Shown here: piece after piece, positions 28,435 through 40,305 of the stretch
How positions within the stretch are numbered: the first letter of the stretch is position 1
Layout of the letters: each line of letters begins with the position of its first letter
Source: Candidatus Hydrogenedentota bacterium
GTDB lineage: Bacteria > Hydrogenedentota > Hydrogenedentia > Hydrogenedentales > SLHB01
Assembly (NCBI GenBank): GCA_963668025.2
Contig: CAXXTH010000003.1
Span: 32,001 to 96,000, forward strand
Direction: 5' to 3'
Length of the DNA stretch: 64,000 nucleotides
Program-made: the position numbers and the translations under genes
The notes under the pieces: model-generated
What the model was told of the DNA's origin: nothing
What the model saw: the letters and a program-made list of their open reading frames with translations, nothing else
Database searches by the model: none

Positions 28435-29430
28435 TTACCGGCCCGATGGCGCATCCTGTTCGTCCGCCGCATGGGGCTCGCCGGGTATTCCATAGGTGTG
28501 CCGGACAACAGATTGCGGCTGCCGGTTCTCGGTTAGGAACAGGCGGCCCACGTATTCCCCAATCACCCCGAGCACACAGAGCTGGATGCCGGCAAACATC
28601 GTCACCGACACAATGATGGACGCCCAGCCCGGCGGCATGGTTCCTCCCATAATCTTGCCTTCAATCCACCAGGACAATATGAAAAAGATCGTAAGCAGAA
28701 ATCCAAAAGCGGACATAGCCAGCCCAAGGATCGAACTGAACCGAAGCGGGGCCACCGAGAAACTGGTGGACATGTTCAGCCAAAGGCGGATAAGCCGGCG
28801 CAGGGTGTAGTTCGATCTCCCTTCCTGGCGGGAACGGTGCTCACACAATTGCGTGCCGATAGCGTTGGTGGTGCGCAGAATCAACCCGTCTATATACGGA
28901 TATGGCCCTTTGTATCGGATCACCTCATCCACCAGAAACCGGCTCATCACTTTGAAGCTGGATAAATACAGCCCTTTCGGTTTCTTCAGCAGTTTGGTGG
29001 CCATCCAATCATTGAACTTGCTGCCTGCATTACGAAACCAATGGTGTTCTTTTCGGTCGTAATAACTGTAAACAACCTCATAGCCTTCATCTAATTTGTT
29101 CACGAGCTTGAGAATTTCACCGGGGGGATTCTGAAAATCATCATCGATAATGGCCACGCAACCCGCCGTGACATACCGCAGTCCGCACATGACCGCATTG
29201 TGCTCGCCGAAATTGCGGGCCAGCCGGATATACTTCACCATGCCCGGATGCCGCTGCATGGTTTCGAGCACCCGCTGGTGGCTATTGTCCGGGCTGCCAT
29301 CATTAACCAAAATGATCTCAATGCGCTCGAAATGCCCCGAAAGCGTTTCGGCGATCACATCCACCAGCGGCCCGATGGTCGACTCGCTGTTATACACCGG
29401 AACCAATATCGCAAGTGATTTCGTGCGCAT
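28435..29430 (-). CDS. GT2 polyprenol-phosphate glycosyltransferase (ArnC/GtrB-like)
   Basis: VPVYN, VNDGSPD, RNFGEH, IDDDFQNPP; two C-terminal TM helices, GEYVGR. Confidence 0.9.
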   Translation of the reverse strand: MRTKSLAILVPVYNSESTIGPLVDVIAETLSGHFERIEIILVNDGSPDNSHQRVLETMQRHPGMVKYIRLARNFGEHNAVMCGLRYVTAGCVAIIDDDFQNPPGEILKLVNKLDEGYEVVYSYYDRKEHHWFRNAGSKFNDWMATKLLKKPKGLYLSSFKVMSRFLVDEVIRYKGPYPYIDGLILRTTNAIGTQLCEHRSRQEGRSNYTLRRLIRLWLNMSTSFSVAPLRFSSILGLAMSAFGFLLTIFFILSWWIEGKIMGGTMPPGWASIIVSVTMFAGIQLCVLGVIGEYVGRLFLTENRQPQSVVRHTYGIPGEPHAADEQDAPSGR

Positions 29431-29564
29431 GCGCGGCTCCGAAGAATAAACAAATCCCGATTTGCTTTCATCCAAGACCATATGCCAGCTCCCCATTGCA
29501 CCCCAGCATAGCAGAAGATACTCGCTGAAGGCGGAATGGCATATAGGATAATTCCACGTGAAGG

Positions 29565-32165
29565 CTAATCTTTTTGGATCTCAATCTCCAGCGAGGAATC
29601 AAGGCCAAACCACATGTGGCCTTCAATTACTAAATCCCATTGCAGCGTATAGATTCCTTCTTCTTCAGGCGCTTGGACTACCGCTTCATGTTCCACGCTT
29701 CCGATGACATTAAAGTGCAGCCTGCTCCGCAAACCATTATGGATGACGACCTCGCCTTCTTTTACCCAATGATAGGATAAATACAAAGGATACTGTTTGG
29801 TGGTCGCACCTAGCGCGGCGTCATTACTGTTTTCAATTTCCAGCATGACTAAGGTTTTCTTGTTGGCAATCATGCTAGGTTCTATGCGCGAGGTATCGAT
29901 TACAATATGGCGAATAAATTCCGGTGTGATCTCATCTATTTCAGCAATCTTTGCCTGTAAGGAGGACAGGGGTATAATACGTTCTGAGGATACAGGAGAG
30001 AGCTCTTTGAACAACTCAATAGCTTTGGCCCTTCTCTCTTTGAATGTCGCATCATCCAGAAGGTACTCGGCGGAGCTGGCGAACCAAGACTCAAGGCCCA
30101 AATGATGCGATATATCCTCTTCACTCATCCAGCCCAATGATTTTAATGTAATCTGCCGCTTCTCAAAACCGCGAAGCACGGCGTCGCGCAGGCTTCTTGA
30201 ACCGGCCATCTCCTCGGTCCAGGAGCTTCGCAGATCGCGTTGTGTGCAATCGATGACCACGCCCTTATTGTTGAGAATGCCAAATCCTAGCGCATATATA
30301 TTACAGTCGTACTTAAGCGCTTGTATCATCGCCGTAGAGTTATTGGCGACAACCGCTTTAGCGGAAGCCATCAATTCGTCCAAATCCGCATCGTGGACCA
30401 CTTGAACCCGTTCCGAGGAAAAGCGCTCCAGTTGCCTCTTCTTTTGATCCAATGGGTGGGTCTTTATGATGATTTTTTCGCCTTCGGGCAGGCTGTCCAA
30501 GACATATTGCACCATGTTGGCCACTTTTTTGATCCGGGGAGAATGCAGAATCATATTGGTGTCATTCTCGAGTTGGGTCAAAATGAGGGTATGTTTGCCC
30601 TGCACTTTTCCGGACGCGTTATCGAGCGGTATCGGCTCTCCACAGAATTGAGATACGGACATCGCTGCTAATGAGGACGATGCGTTTGTGCCGATAGGAT
30701 CGATGTATACATTCCCGTTTTGAGGAAGCCAGCCAAGCTCGGTAAAAATGACAGGCACATCAAACACAAATCTGAGTATGTCGATGATATGTTTTGTCTT
30801 CGGATGGTCACCATTATGCGTAAGAATCTTGTTGGGCTTAAATTTATGGATTTCTAATAGAAGCCTATCATACTGGTCTGGCCAGGAGAACTGAATGAAC
30901 CGGTTTTTATCGACCGGATATGGATTGTTAAATTTGAACATAAAATTAAGCGGCCGAGGGCATACAACCTGGTAATCAACGCCGAATTTCAAAAAGAGCG
31001 GCGCCCACATTTCCTGTATATGCTCGTTGCTGACGGTGAATCCAAATACTCTTTCCTTTTTGCCCGTGCTGGAATAGGCATTATTGACCTTGCGGAGCGA
31101 TTCTTCCTTCTTGTGGGCGGAAAGAGAAGAAAGGCCTTGATAGAAATATACCGGCTTAGATGAATGGTCAAGCCCTGAATCAGAAATGTAATTATATAAA
31201 GACATAAAACCCGTGTTAAAATCATCCAATAATTTCGAGCAATGCTCCGTAAATGCCTCGGGCTTGGGATACTCGCTATGGGAGGAGTCCAGCAGCAGTT
31301 CCGCCATTCCCGCGATATCTCCCAATGGCGCGGTCTCCAACAGAGGCGGAGGAGCGATTTCGGTATTGCCGCCCACATCCCACGCGCATACTACCGTGCC
31401 GCACGAAAGAGTCTCTAAAATAACCATCGAACAATTTTCAAAACGGCTTAGCATCATGAGTTTTTTTGAGCGCGCGATAATGTCAAAGCGGGAATCATCA
31501 TTTAGGCCGCCAAATACATTCACGTTACATTTGACATTGCTCGAGATGGGAAAAGACTCGCTGCCTGGACCGATCAAACCCACACAATAATTTCTCGGGA
31601 GGCGCTCTAATATGGGATTGATGTACGAGGTGCCTTTCAACCGCTGGAAACGGCCCATGAAAACGGCGTCAAAAATCTTGTCTTCGGTGATATATTTATG
31701 CAACTGCGTATCTGGCGGATTTTTATATACAAACAAAGGCTGCCTGTTAAGCGAGGCCTTCAATTGGTTTGCGATGGCATAGGAGGGAGCAGATAAGGCC
31801 GTGGCGTGTTGTAGGATTAAATCTTCCTCCACAAACACCGGATTTTCATTCAGTGAAAGCTCCGAAGCGCCCCGCTCATGCGCCGAACTGATCCGCAAAG
31901 GCGTGTGCAAGCGCACATGCAGCTTATAGGATTTAGGAAGCAGCAGCGCGGACGCCCTGGCCTCAGGGCTTTCGATGATGACTTCATCGGAACCGTATTG
32001 CTCCATGATGGTTTTTCTCACGACCTTCTGGAACACGCGGTGGGGAAGGTTCGCACTGTTCTTCAAATAAGACGAGTTAATGCCTAATGACTGGCTTACG
32101 GATTTGGCGTAGGTGGCAAGCCCCGTGTTGCCATTGGCAACAGGATCAATAATTAAATACAACAT
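29565..32165 (-). CDS. Fusion of a GT4 glycosyltransferase, a capsule-synthesis (KpsS/KpsC-like) domain and a C-terminal Ig-like domain
   Basis: GRFQRLKG and SRFENCSMVILE (GT4); ELGWLP, Q..NDTN, KTHP and NNST (capsule synthesis); YHW...G.Y.LQWDLV.EG..WF. Confidence 0.7.
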   Translation of the reverse strand: MLYLIIDPVANGNTGLATYAKSVSQSLGINSSYLKNSANLPHRVFQKVVRKTIMEQYGSDEVIIESPEARASALLLPKSYKLHVRLHTPLRISSAHERGASELSLNENPVFVEEDLILQHATALSAPSYAIANQLKASLNRQPLFVYKNPPDTQLHKYITEDKIFDAVFMGRFQRLKGTSYINPILERLPRNYCVGLIGPGSESFPISSNVKCNVNVFGGLNDDSRFDIIARSKKLMMLSRFENCSMVILETLSCGTVVCAWDVGGNTEIAPPPLLETAPLGDIAGMAELLLDSSHSEYPKPEAFTEHCSKLLDDFNTGFMSLYNYISDSGLDHSSKPVYFYQGLSSLSAHKKEESLRKVNNAYSSTGKKERVFGFTVSNEHIQEMWAPLFLKFGVDYQVVCPRPLNFMFKFNNPYPVDKNRFIQFSWPDQYDRLLLEIHKFKPNKILTHNGDHPKTKHIIDILRFVFDVPVIFTELGWLPQNGNVYIDPIGTNASSSLAAMSVSQFCGEPIPLDNASGKVQGKHTLILTQLENDTNMILHSPRIKKVANMVQYVLDSLPEGEKIIIKTHPLDQKKRQLERFSSERVQVVHDADLDELMASAKAVVANNSTAMIQALKYDCNIYALGFGILNNKGVVIDCTQRDLRSSWTEEMAGSRSLRDAVLRGFEKRQITLKSLGWMSEEDISHHLGLESWFASSAEYLLDDATFKERRAKAIELFKELSPVSSERIIPLSSLQAKIAEIDEITPEFIRHIVIDTSRIEPSMIANKKTLVMLEIENSNDAALGATTKQYPLYLSYHWVKEGEVVIHNGLRSRLHFNVIGSVEHEAVVQAPEEEGIYTLQWDLVIEGHMWFGLDSSLEIEIQKD

Positions 32166-32208
32166 CGTTTTACCCCCAAGGCATTACAGTTAGCGGAAAT
32201 AGATGAAC

Positions 32209-33042
32209 TTAACTGGCTTTAACGGAACGCAGTATATTCCCAGCACCTTCTGCTGAGAAAGAATCAAGCTCTGACAAAGGCTGTGACGCAAAGGTGTCGA
32301 AATCCTCAAACCAATTCACTTGCGCCAAATCCCCATTAAAGGCGTTATTGGCGTTAAAAAGCTCTATCACACTGTCCGGCCAAAATTCGCCCGCCATATC
32401 TTTGGAGAAGATGAGCGGAGTCAGCTCTTCAGGAACAGCGCCTTCTTTAATTTTTTCCGAAAGTGGATTCCCTTTCCGAACAAAAGCGGTGATATTATAA
32501 CCGTGCTTAATAAAACGCCCATTACGTGCGTCAAATCCGTTTAAAATAAGGTTATACATCAAAAGGCCCACATTCCAGCCGACATTTACATGAAACTTAA
32601 CAACAGTGGGCTTAAAAGGAGGAACACTAAGGAAGAGCCATCCATTGTCCTCCAAAAGGTCATATGCTTTTTGCAGGGTTACTCCCGTGTTCATGCTGTG
32701 CTCTAAAATGTGGGACAGCCATAAGGCGTCATATCGGTGGTTTGGATTGTATTTTTCGAAAGCTACATCATATGCATGAACATCCAAAACCTCAAAAAAC
32801 TCGCGTGCTGGTTCAATAAATTCATCGCCTACGGTAATCGCATCCACTTGGCGGCCTATGAGGGCGAAAAAGATGGAAGCCCCCCCTTTGCCATATCCAA
32901 CATCCAAGACAGAGCGGAACGGAAGCTTTGATGTCGCTTTCAAAATGTCAAAGTTGCCTTGGGCGATAATTCGCTCGCTGATGAATTGATCAATAGTCGT
33001 AGCACTTTCTTGGTTAAGCTGTCCATTATCCGTGTCGCTCAT
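32209..33042 (-). CDS. Class I SAM-dependent methyltransferase
   Basis: VLDVGYGKG, SHILEH, L..NGWLFLSVP motifs. Confidence 0.8.
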   Translation of the reverse strand: MSDTDNGQLNQESATTIDQFISERIIAQGNFDILKATSKLPFRSVLDVGYGKGGASIFFALIGRQVDAITVGDEFIEPAREFFEVLDVHAYDVAFEKYNPNHRYDALWLSHILEHSMNTGVTLQKAYDLLEDNGWLFLSVPPFKPTVVKFHVNVGWNVGLLMYNLILNGFDARNGRFIKHGYNITAFVRKGNPLSEKIKEGAVPEELTPLIFSKDMAGEFWPDSVIELFNANNAFNGDLAQVNWFEDFDTFASQPLSELDSFSAEGAGNILRSVKAS

Positions 33043-33095
33043 CCAAAACCCACTCCCGGTTATTGAACTCATTGCATGCGAACACAAAGCGCTGG

Positions 33096-33989
33096 TTATT
33101 TCCGCTTGCTGGCGGCGAGTACTTCATCGTTTGACAACACGCGATTCCAGATCTTGTTATCGGCCAGTGCGCCAATCCAGCGCACATTATTGCTTCCCGC
33201 GGGAATTTCCCAAGCGGCTTGGGCTTTTTGAAGCTTAAAATTGCCAGTTTTCTTGGCGCCCTCTTTTTTTCCATCAATATAGATAGTGGCGACTTTTGTT
33301 TTATAATCAACCGTAGCAACAATGCTATGCCATTTGTTGTCCGTTACCGGAGTTTTAGCCAGCACCTTTACGTAATTTTTACCGTCATTCAGCAGGAGAT
33401 GGGGGACATTAGCCGAATTAACACAATATAAACCCACAGTCTCACGAAGCTTGCTTCCTTCTATAGGAGCCGTGAAACCACATATCGTTTTGTTGGGCTG
33501 CCCCGTTTTTACCCAGATAGACAAGGTGAAACCTTCTGCCGCACTGCCCAAGAGATTGGGCAATTCCGTGGAAGTCGTCTTAAATGCAGTTTTGCCGTCC
33601 AGCTCCACATATTGGCCAAAGTCATCTGTTTTCGGCGTGGCGCCAGAGCCTAGCAGCCGCCCATCCATCTTTTTGCCGGATTGATCGGCCATTTTCTTGG
33701 CGTCATTCAAAGGCCAATAAGCCAATAAGCCATTCTCCACTGGGTTCCCGCTTGTTGATTGCTGGGCGGCAGGAGGGGGGGCCGCAGGGGATGCGGGGAG
33801 GGTGGAAGCAGCGGGAGCGGGAGCGGCGTGAGCCGAAGCAGCGGGAGCAACCGGGGTGGATGATGGAATAGCTTCGTCGTCCATATCATTCACATTGTTG
33901 CCGGGCTGGGCTGGCTGGCAGGCATTTAATACACAAACAGATAACGCCACAACCAAGATAGTATGCCAATTTGAAATATGTAAACGCAT
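33096..33989 (-). CDS. LamG/concanavalin-like domain lipoprotein
   Basis: Lipobox LNAC; Pro/Ala linker; GLLAYWPLN, FTLSIWVK, WHSIVAT, IYIDG, KIWNRVLS..EV. Confidence 0.85.
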   Translation of the reverse strand: MRLHISNWHTILVVALSVCVLNACQPAQPGNNVNDMDDEAIPSSTPVAPAASAHAAPAPAASTLPASPAAPPPAAQQSTSGNPVENGLLAYWPLNDAKKMADQSGKKMDGRLLGSGATPKTDDFGQYVELDGKTAFKTTSTELPNLLGSAAEGFTLSIWVKTGQPNKTICGFTAPIEGSKLRETVGLYCVNSANVPHLLLNDGKNYVKVLAKTPVTDNKWHSIVATVDYKTKVATIYIDGKKEGAKKTGNFKLQKAQAAWEIPAGSNNVRWIGALADNKIWNRVLSNDEVLAASKRK

Positions 33990-34164
33990 ATCGCACTCTC
34001 CTTTCATGCGGGAAAAACAAAAAAGGCTTCAAAACAGCCATTCGCGTAAGAAAAATCGTTGAAAAACGAACTCTTCCTTGCTCCTCCCAATTATAACCAT
34101 TGTAGAATAGCCATGCAAGCTAACGAAGTCCGAAGAGAAGCCGCGGCCATTTATTCGAGTTGCG

Positions 34165-36081
34165 CTAAAAATGCGCCATCTCCGGCTTCCCATTCACAGG
34201 GATGCGTTCCAGCGCGGCTTCGAGGATCATCTTGAGCATCTCGGCATAGCTGATGCCCGCCATGCCCGCCATGATATTGAATTTCCCATCCCAGCACCAG
34301 CCTGGGTTGGGATTGACCTCCAGCAGCTTGATCCGGCCTTGTTCGTTGGCGCGAAAGTCAAACCGGGCGTAATCGCGGCAGCCGAGCCGCTCGAATAACA
34401 GGCTCGAATAATCCGTGAGGCGCTGGGTTTCTTCATGGTTCAGGCTGGCTTTTCTAAAGCTGATCTGATTCCAGTAGGGCGAATCGGGCAGCCATTTCGA
34501 TTCATATCCCAGGATGGGGGGGAGGCCGGGGTCAAGCTGGCTGTAATCCACCTCAAGGACCGGCAATGCGGTAAAGCTCAAGCCAGGATTGCCGATAATG
34601 CTCACGCTGTATTCGGGGCCGCTTAGGAACTCCTGGACCAGGAGGGAGCGGTTGGGGAACTGCATGCGGAGTTGCTCCCAATAATTCACCATTTCTTCAA
34701 TGGAGTTCACCACGGCGTCTTTCGTGATGCCGATGCTCGAATCGCCGAAGTTGGGCTTCAAGAGGGCCGGAAATACGCTGGCCAATGTGGCGGCTTGGTC
34801 CTCGGAGCCGAAATAGGTCTCCAGCGGCACAGGGATATCTAACGATTTGGCGATGGCGCGAATGAGTGCTTTATTGTAGCATAATCCCAAGCAGGCCGGG
34901 CCTGCGCCGGTGTAGGGAATATCCAGCATATCGAGCACGGCTGGCACGTGAAGCTCCTTGAAGGCGTCATTATTGTAGCCTTCATCACATAGGTTGAACA
35001 CGAAATCGGGCCGGTGGTCATGCAGGTCTTGTATCATGGTCGAATGCCGGTCCCAATACTCGAAGGTATAGCCATCTAGGCTATCCAGGGCTTCCTGCAA
35101 GCGCTGGATGGTTTCAATGTCTTCTGGATTAAACACGCCTTCCCGCTTGATGGAATCGGGCTGGGATGGATCGCCCAGAAGCACCGTAACCTTTGAGAAC
35201 GGGGGCCATTGGCGAGGGGCATGCATGACTTTGCGCTGACGGCGGGCGGTCAAGAACATGCGGTGGGCCATCATCCCCAAATCCTGCCCCCGGTCCGATT
35301 CCGTAACGGGCATTCCGTGGTGGGTGATGCCCTGGAAATCGAGCGATTCGAGAAGCTCGGAAATCTCTTCCGCGGTATACAAGCGCTCCGCATAAAACTG
35401 ATCAGCGATCACGCCGCGGTCGGCATGGGTGACCACTTCGCGCGAGATGAGGCGCTTGCCATCATGGGCCAGGGAGCGTTCCCGGCATACAAAGTGGTTC
35501 TCGTCAATCCATTCCCATGAGCGAGGCTCATAATGGGTGCGCATCCATTCACCATCCACTAGATCGAGCGCGATTGACCCGCCAGGAACTAATATGCGGC
35601 GCACACGTTCGAGAACCGCCCGGTCGTCTTCTTCACGGTCAAAATATCCGAATGAATTGCCAAAGAGGCACACGCAATCCATTGAATGCTCGGGGAAACG
35701 GAATTTCCGTGCGTCGCCTTCCCGGAAAGTGATGGTAGCGTGGGCGCTCCGGGCGCGCCGCCGGGCAAGGCGAATCAAATAACGCGACCGATCAATGCCC
35801 ACCACGTGGCGGAAGCCGCGCCGCGCCAGTTCGATGCAATGGCGTCCATGGCCGCAGCAGAGATCCAGAATCCGGTCTTCCGGCTGTAAATGGGTGGTTT
35901 TAATCAGGAGGGATACATCCTCCGCCGTATTTTTTGTGTTTTCGACAACATCCCCATCCGTCTTCAAGTAGAGGGAATTAAAAAGGGAACGCCACCAATC
36001 TGGCGGCAAGTGGCGTTCCAGATCTGACACTGGACCGAAGGTTCGGTGTTGGACCGGTTTCTTCTCGTTATTTGCAGTCAT
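34165..36081 (-). CDS. SAM methyltransferase fused to a D-Ala-D-Ala-ligase-like ATP-grasp domain
   Basis: ILDLCCGHGRH and GNSFGYF; then VFNLCDEG, PYTG, KP..GDSSIGI, YARFDFR and LEVNPNPG. Confidence 0.88.
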   Translation of the reverse strand: MTANNEKKPVQHRTFGPVSDLERHLPPDWWRSLFNSLYLKTDGDVVENTKNTAEDVSLLIKTTHLQPEDRILDLCCGHGRHCIELARRGFRHVVGIDRSRYLIRLARRRARSAHATITFREGDARKFRFPEHSMDCVCLFGNSFGYFDREEDDRAVLERVRRILVPGGSIALDLVDGEWMRTHYEPRSWEWIDENHFVCRERSLAHDGKRLISREVVTHADRGVIADQFYAERLYTAEEISELLESLDFQGITHHGMPVTESDRGQDLGMMAHRMFLTARRQRKVMHAPRQWPPFSKVTVLLGDPSQPDSIKREGVFNPEDIETIQRLQEALDSLDGYTFEYWDRHSTMIQDLHDHRPDFVFNLCDEGYNNDAFKELHVPAVLDMLDIPYTGAGPACLGLCYNKALIRAIAKSLDIPVPLETYFGSEDQAATLASVFPALLKPNFGDSSIGITKDAVVNSIEEMVNYWEQLRMQFPNRSLLVQEFLSGPEYSVSIIGNPGLSFTALPVLEVDYSQLDPGLPPILGYESKWLPDSPYWNQISFRKASLNHEETQRLTDYSSLLFERLGCRDYARFDFRANEQGRIKLLEVNPNPGWCWDGKFNIMAGMAGISYAEMLKMILEAALERIPVNGKPEMAHF

Positions 36082-36522
36082 AATGGGCCTATTTCTCCGA
36101 TTCAGCGCAGTGCGCTGGCAAGGTTACAGGCGCGCCATAGAGCGAACTGCTGATGGCGCAGCATCAAAAACAATGCGATAGTCTATTCCAATCGAAGTAA
36201 AAACGGAAGGGCAATATTTATGTGCGGAGAGCGAGTCCACGCCCGCTCAAATGGATGGGAAAAGCCGCCGGAAACACAATGGAAACATATAAGATTATAT
36301 AAATATATTACAGCAACTAAAAGGCAGCGATCCGGATGCCCTGCTCATGGCTATGCACAAAAAATAACCCAATAAAAGCGCTTACCATAAAGAAAGCCCG
36401 ATTATTTTGCCGGTCATGGACTTTCAGCCTCGATGGCAGGAAACCAAGCATATGAGTCCAAATGGAATATAGATATTGTATATAATAAGGATAATATTGC
36501 TCATTTTGACAGGCTAATCTTC

Positions 36523-36551
36523 TTGACAAAGAATAAAATTGCATATACAAT
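36523..36551 (+). promoter_or_regulatory. Near-consensus sigma70 promoter
   Basis: TTGACA, 17-nt spacer, TACAAT, preceded by an AT-rich region. Confidence 0.7.
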
Positions 36552-36772
36552 GCATCATATTAAGTGCTAAGGGAGAGCAAGGTCAAACAAGAGAAACCGC
36601 TTACCCTTAATGGTGAGCGGTCTTGCTAGATGGTTTCGTTACACGCATCCCAATACTGGCGAGAGCCATGATATAGTATCTGTTTAAGTAAGCGTTTTCC
36701 AGCTCCGCGCATTCTGGATGCGCCAAAGCTGCGGGTTCATTCAACTTAAACAAGCAACGAGGAGGGTGTCTG

Positions 36773-38182
36773 ATGAGAGCGAAATGGATTGTTGTTCTGT
36801 GTTTGGCGGCGGTGGTGTTATTGTCGCCAGGATTTGCCCACGCGGCCAAGATTCATGTGGCCAAAAGTTATCCCGCAATACAAGAGATCAACCCCGATGG
36901 CACGCCGTTAGGAGAAGGCGAGGCAAATACGTATGAATTCAAAGTCAACAACCTGTATTACATTAAAAATGCGTGGACATGGGGCGGCGGCGCCGGGATC
37001 ATCAATAACCTGAACGATGCCATGCAGTCCGTTGTCATCTTTGAAGATAGTGGCGTTTACAACCTGAAAGACGATGTGCAAGCCGCGAGCCCAGGCGCAA
37101 CGGATGAAGTGCTGTTTTTAGATTGGTGGGGTGCGTTTTACACCGCAGGCAATAACGGAGGCGGATTCGTGTTTGAAGCAGCTTCCGGTATGAGTCCCAC
37201 CATCGATATTTCCACTGCCGCTGGCTATGCTTCTTGGGGAGCAGGAACCCAGTTCATCTTGATGTATAACCAGCACTCAGACATTATGATGGAGTTTTAC
37301 GGCATCAATTTCGTCAATACACGTACGGACAATATGAGCTGGGGCAATGGGATCTGTTCCTTTGGCGGCTCTGGCGCAGCCTACTATGAAGACTGCCTTT
37401 TCAAAGTCGCCCAGCCCATCATGGGAGCTGGCGGCTCTGTTACCCGCGAGTACCGCGATGGCCCCGAATACAACCATTGCGCGTTTCTCATGTCCGGCAC
37501 TGCGGGAACGAATATCTTATGGAATCCCCCCTCTAACAACATAGGCCAGCCAGCCACAGGCGATGGCAGCTTGGATTTTGTGGATTGCTCATTCGTCAAT
37601 ACCTCAGGCGCGGCTTGGGTGGTAAGCAACGAAATATCCGACTATAACGCATCCTCTTTTACACGCTGCATTTTCTACAATATGGCCGGCTTAATGGCAA
37701 ATAATGGCGACTACGTCTTGGGCTACACGGACAATTGCGAATGGCCGGCCTTCGGCGCGGGCGTCTTGAAACCCGCAGGCGCTTCGGGAACCGTCACCGA
37801 AGATCCCGACTTCCTTGACACGGGTGCGGCAGACTTCTGGCGCATCAGTGACACATCGCCCTGCGTGGTTCCCGGTGGGGACAACATCGGGTATGACAAA
37901 GACGCAGGCGCTGTTGCTACCGATACGGACAGCGATGGATTGCCGGATTCCGTCGAAACGGATACCGGTGTGTATGTAAGCCCGACGGATACGGGTACGG
38001 ATCCGAACGATGCGGATAGTGATGACGATACCTATAACGATGGCGACGAAGTGGATGCGGGCTCGGACCCGAACGATCCTTTATCGATCCCTGGTTCAAA
38101 TGTGCCTGCGCTGTCCTTGCTGGGCTTAGCGGCTCTGGCTGGCGTTACTATTGTTTCCGCCGTACGCAAAGTGCGCAAGTAA
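36773..38182 (+). CDS. Secreted surface protein with a beta-helix-like region, Asp-rich Ca-binding repeats and a C-terminal sorting signal (IPTL-CTERM-like)
   Basis: Signal peptide ending AHA; DTDSDGLPD, DSDDD and GSDPND repeats; C-terminal VPALSLLGLAALAG TM followed by RKVRK. Confidence 0.8.
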   Translation: MRAKWIVVLCLAAVVLLSPGFAHAAKIHVAKSYPAIQEINPDGTPLGEGEANTYEFKVNNLYYIKNAWTWGGGAGIINNLNDAMQSVVIFEDSGVYNLKDDVQAASPGATDEVLFLDWWGAFYTAGNNGGGFVFEAASGMSPTIDISTAAGYASWGAGTQFILMYNQHSDIMMEFYGINFVNTRTDNMSWGNGICSFGGSGAAYYEDCLFKVAQPIMGAGGSVTREYRDGPEYNHCAFLMSGTAGTNILWNPPSNNIGQPATGDGSLDFVDCSFVNTSGAAWVVSNEISDYNASSFTRCIFYNMAGLMANNGDYVLGYTDNCEWPAFGAGVLKPAGASGTVTEDPDFLDTGAADFWRISDTSPCVVPGGDNIGYDKDAGAVATDTDSDGLPDSVETDTGVYVSPTDTGTDPNDADSDDDTYNDGDEVDAGSDPNDPLSIPGSNVPALSLLGLAALAGVTIVSAVRKVRK

Positions 38183-38206
38183 TACATTCGAGCATCTGGA
38201 GCATTA

Positions 38207-38237
38207 GTTGGGGCCGGGAATCACTCCTGGCCCCAAC
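38207..38237. terminator. Hairpin terminator between convergent genes
   Basis: GTTGGGGCCGGGA-ATCAC-TCCTGGCCCCAAC. Confidence 0.65.
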
Positions 38238-38264
38238 CTTTATGAATTGCAGGTAATCGCGCCA

Positions 38265-40287
<2,023 letters not shown>

Positions 40288-40305
40288 GGCTCGCAGCTCT
40301 ATTGC

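Noticed and set aside
33760-33860. GCGGGA-like short repeats
   Set aside because: They are explained by the Pro/Ala linker codons of the LamG lipoprotein.
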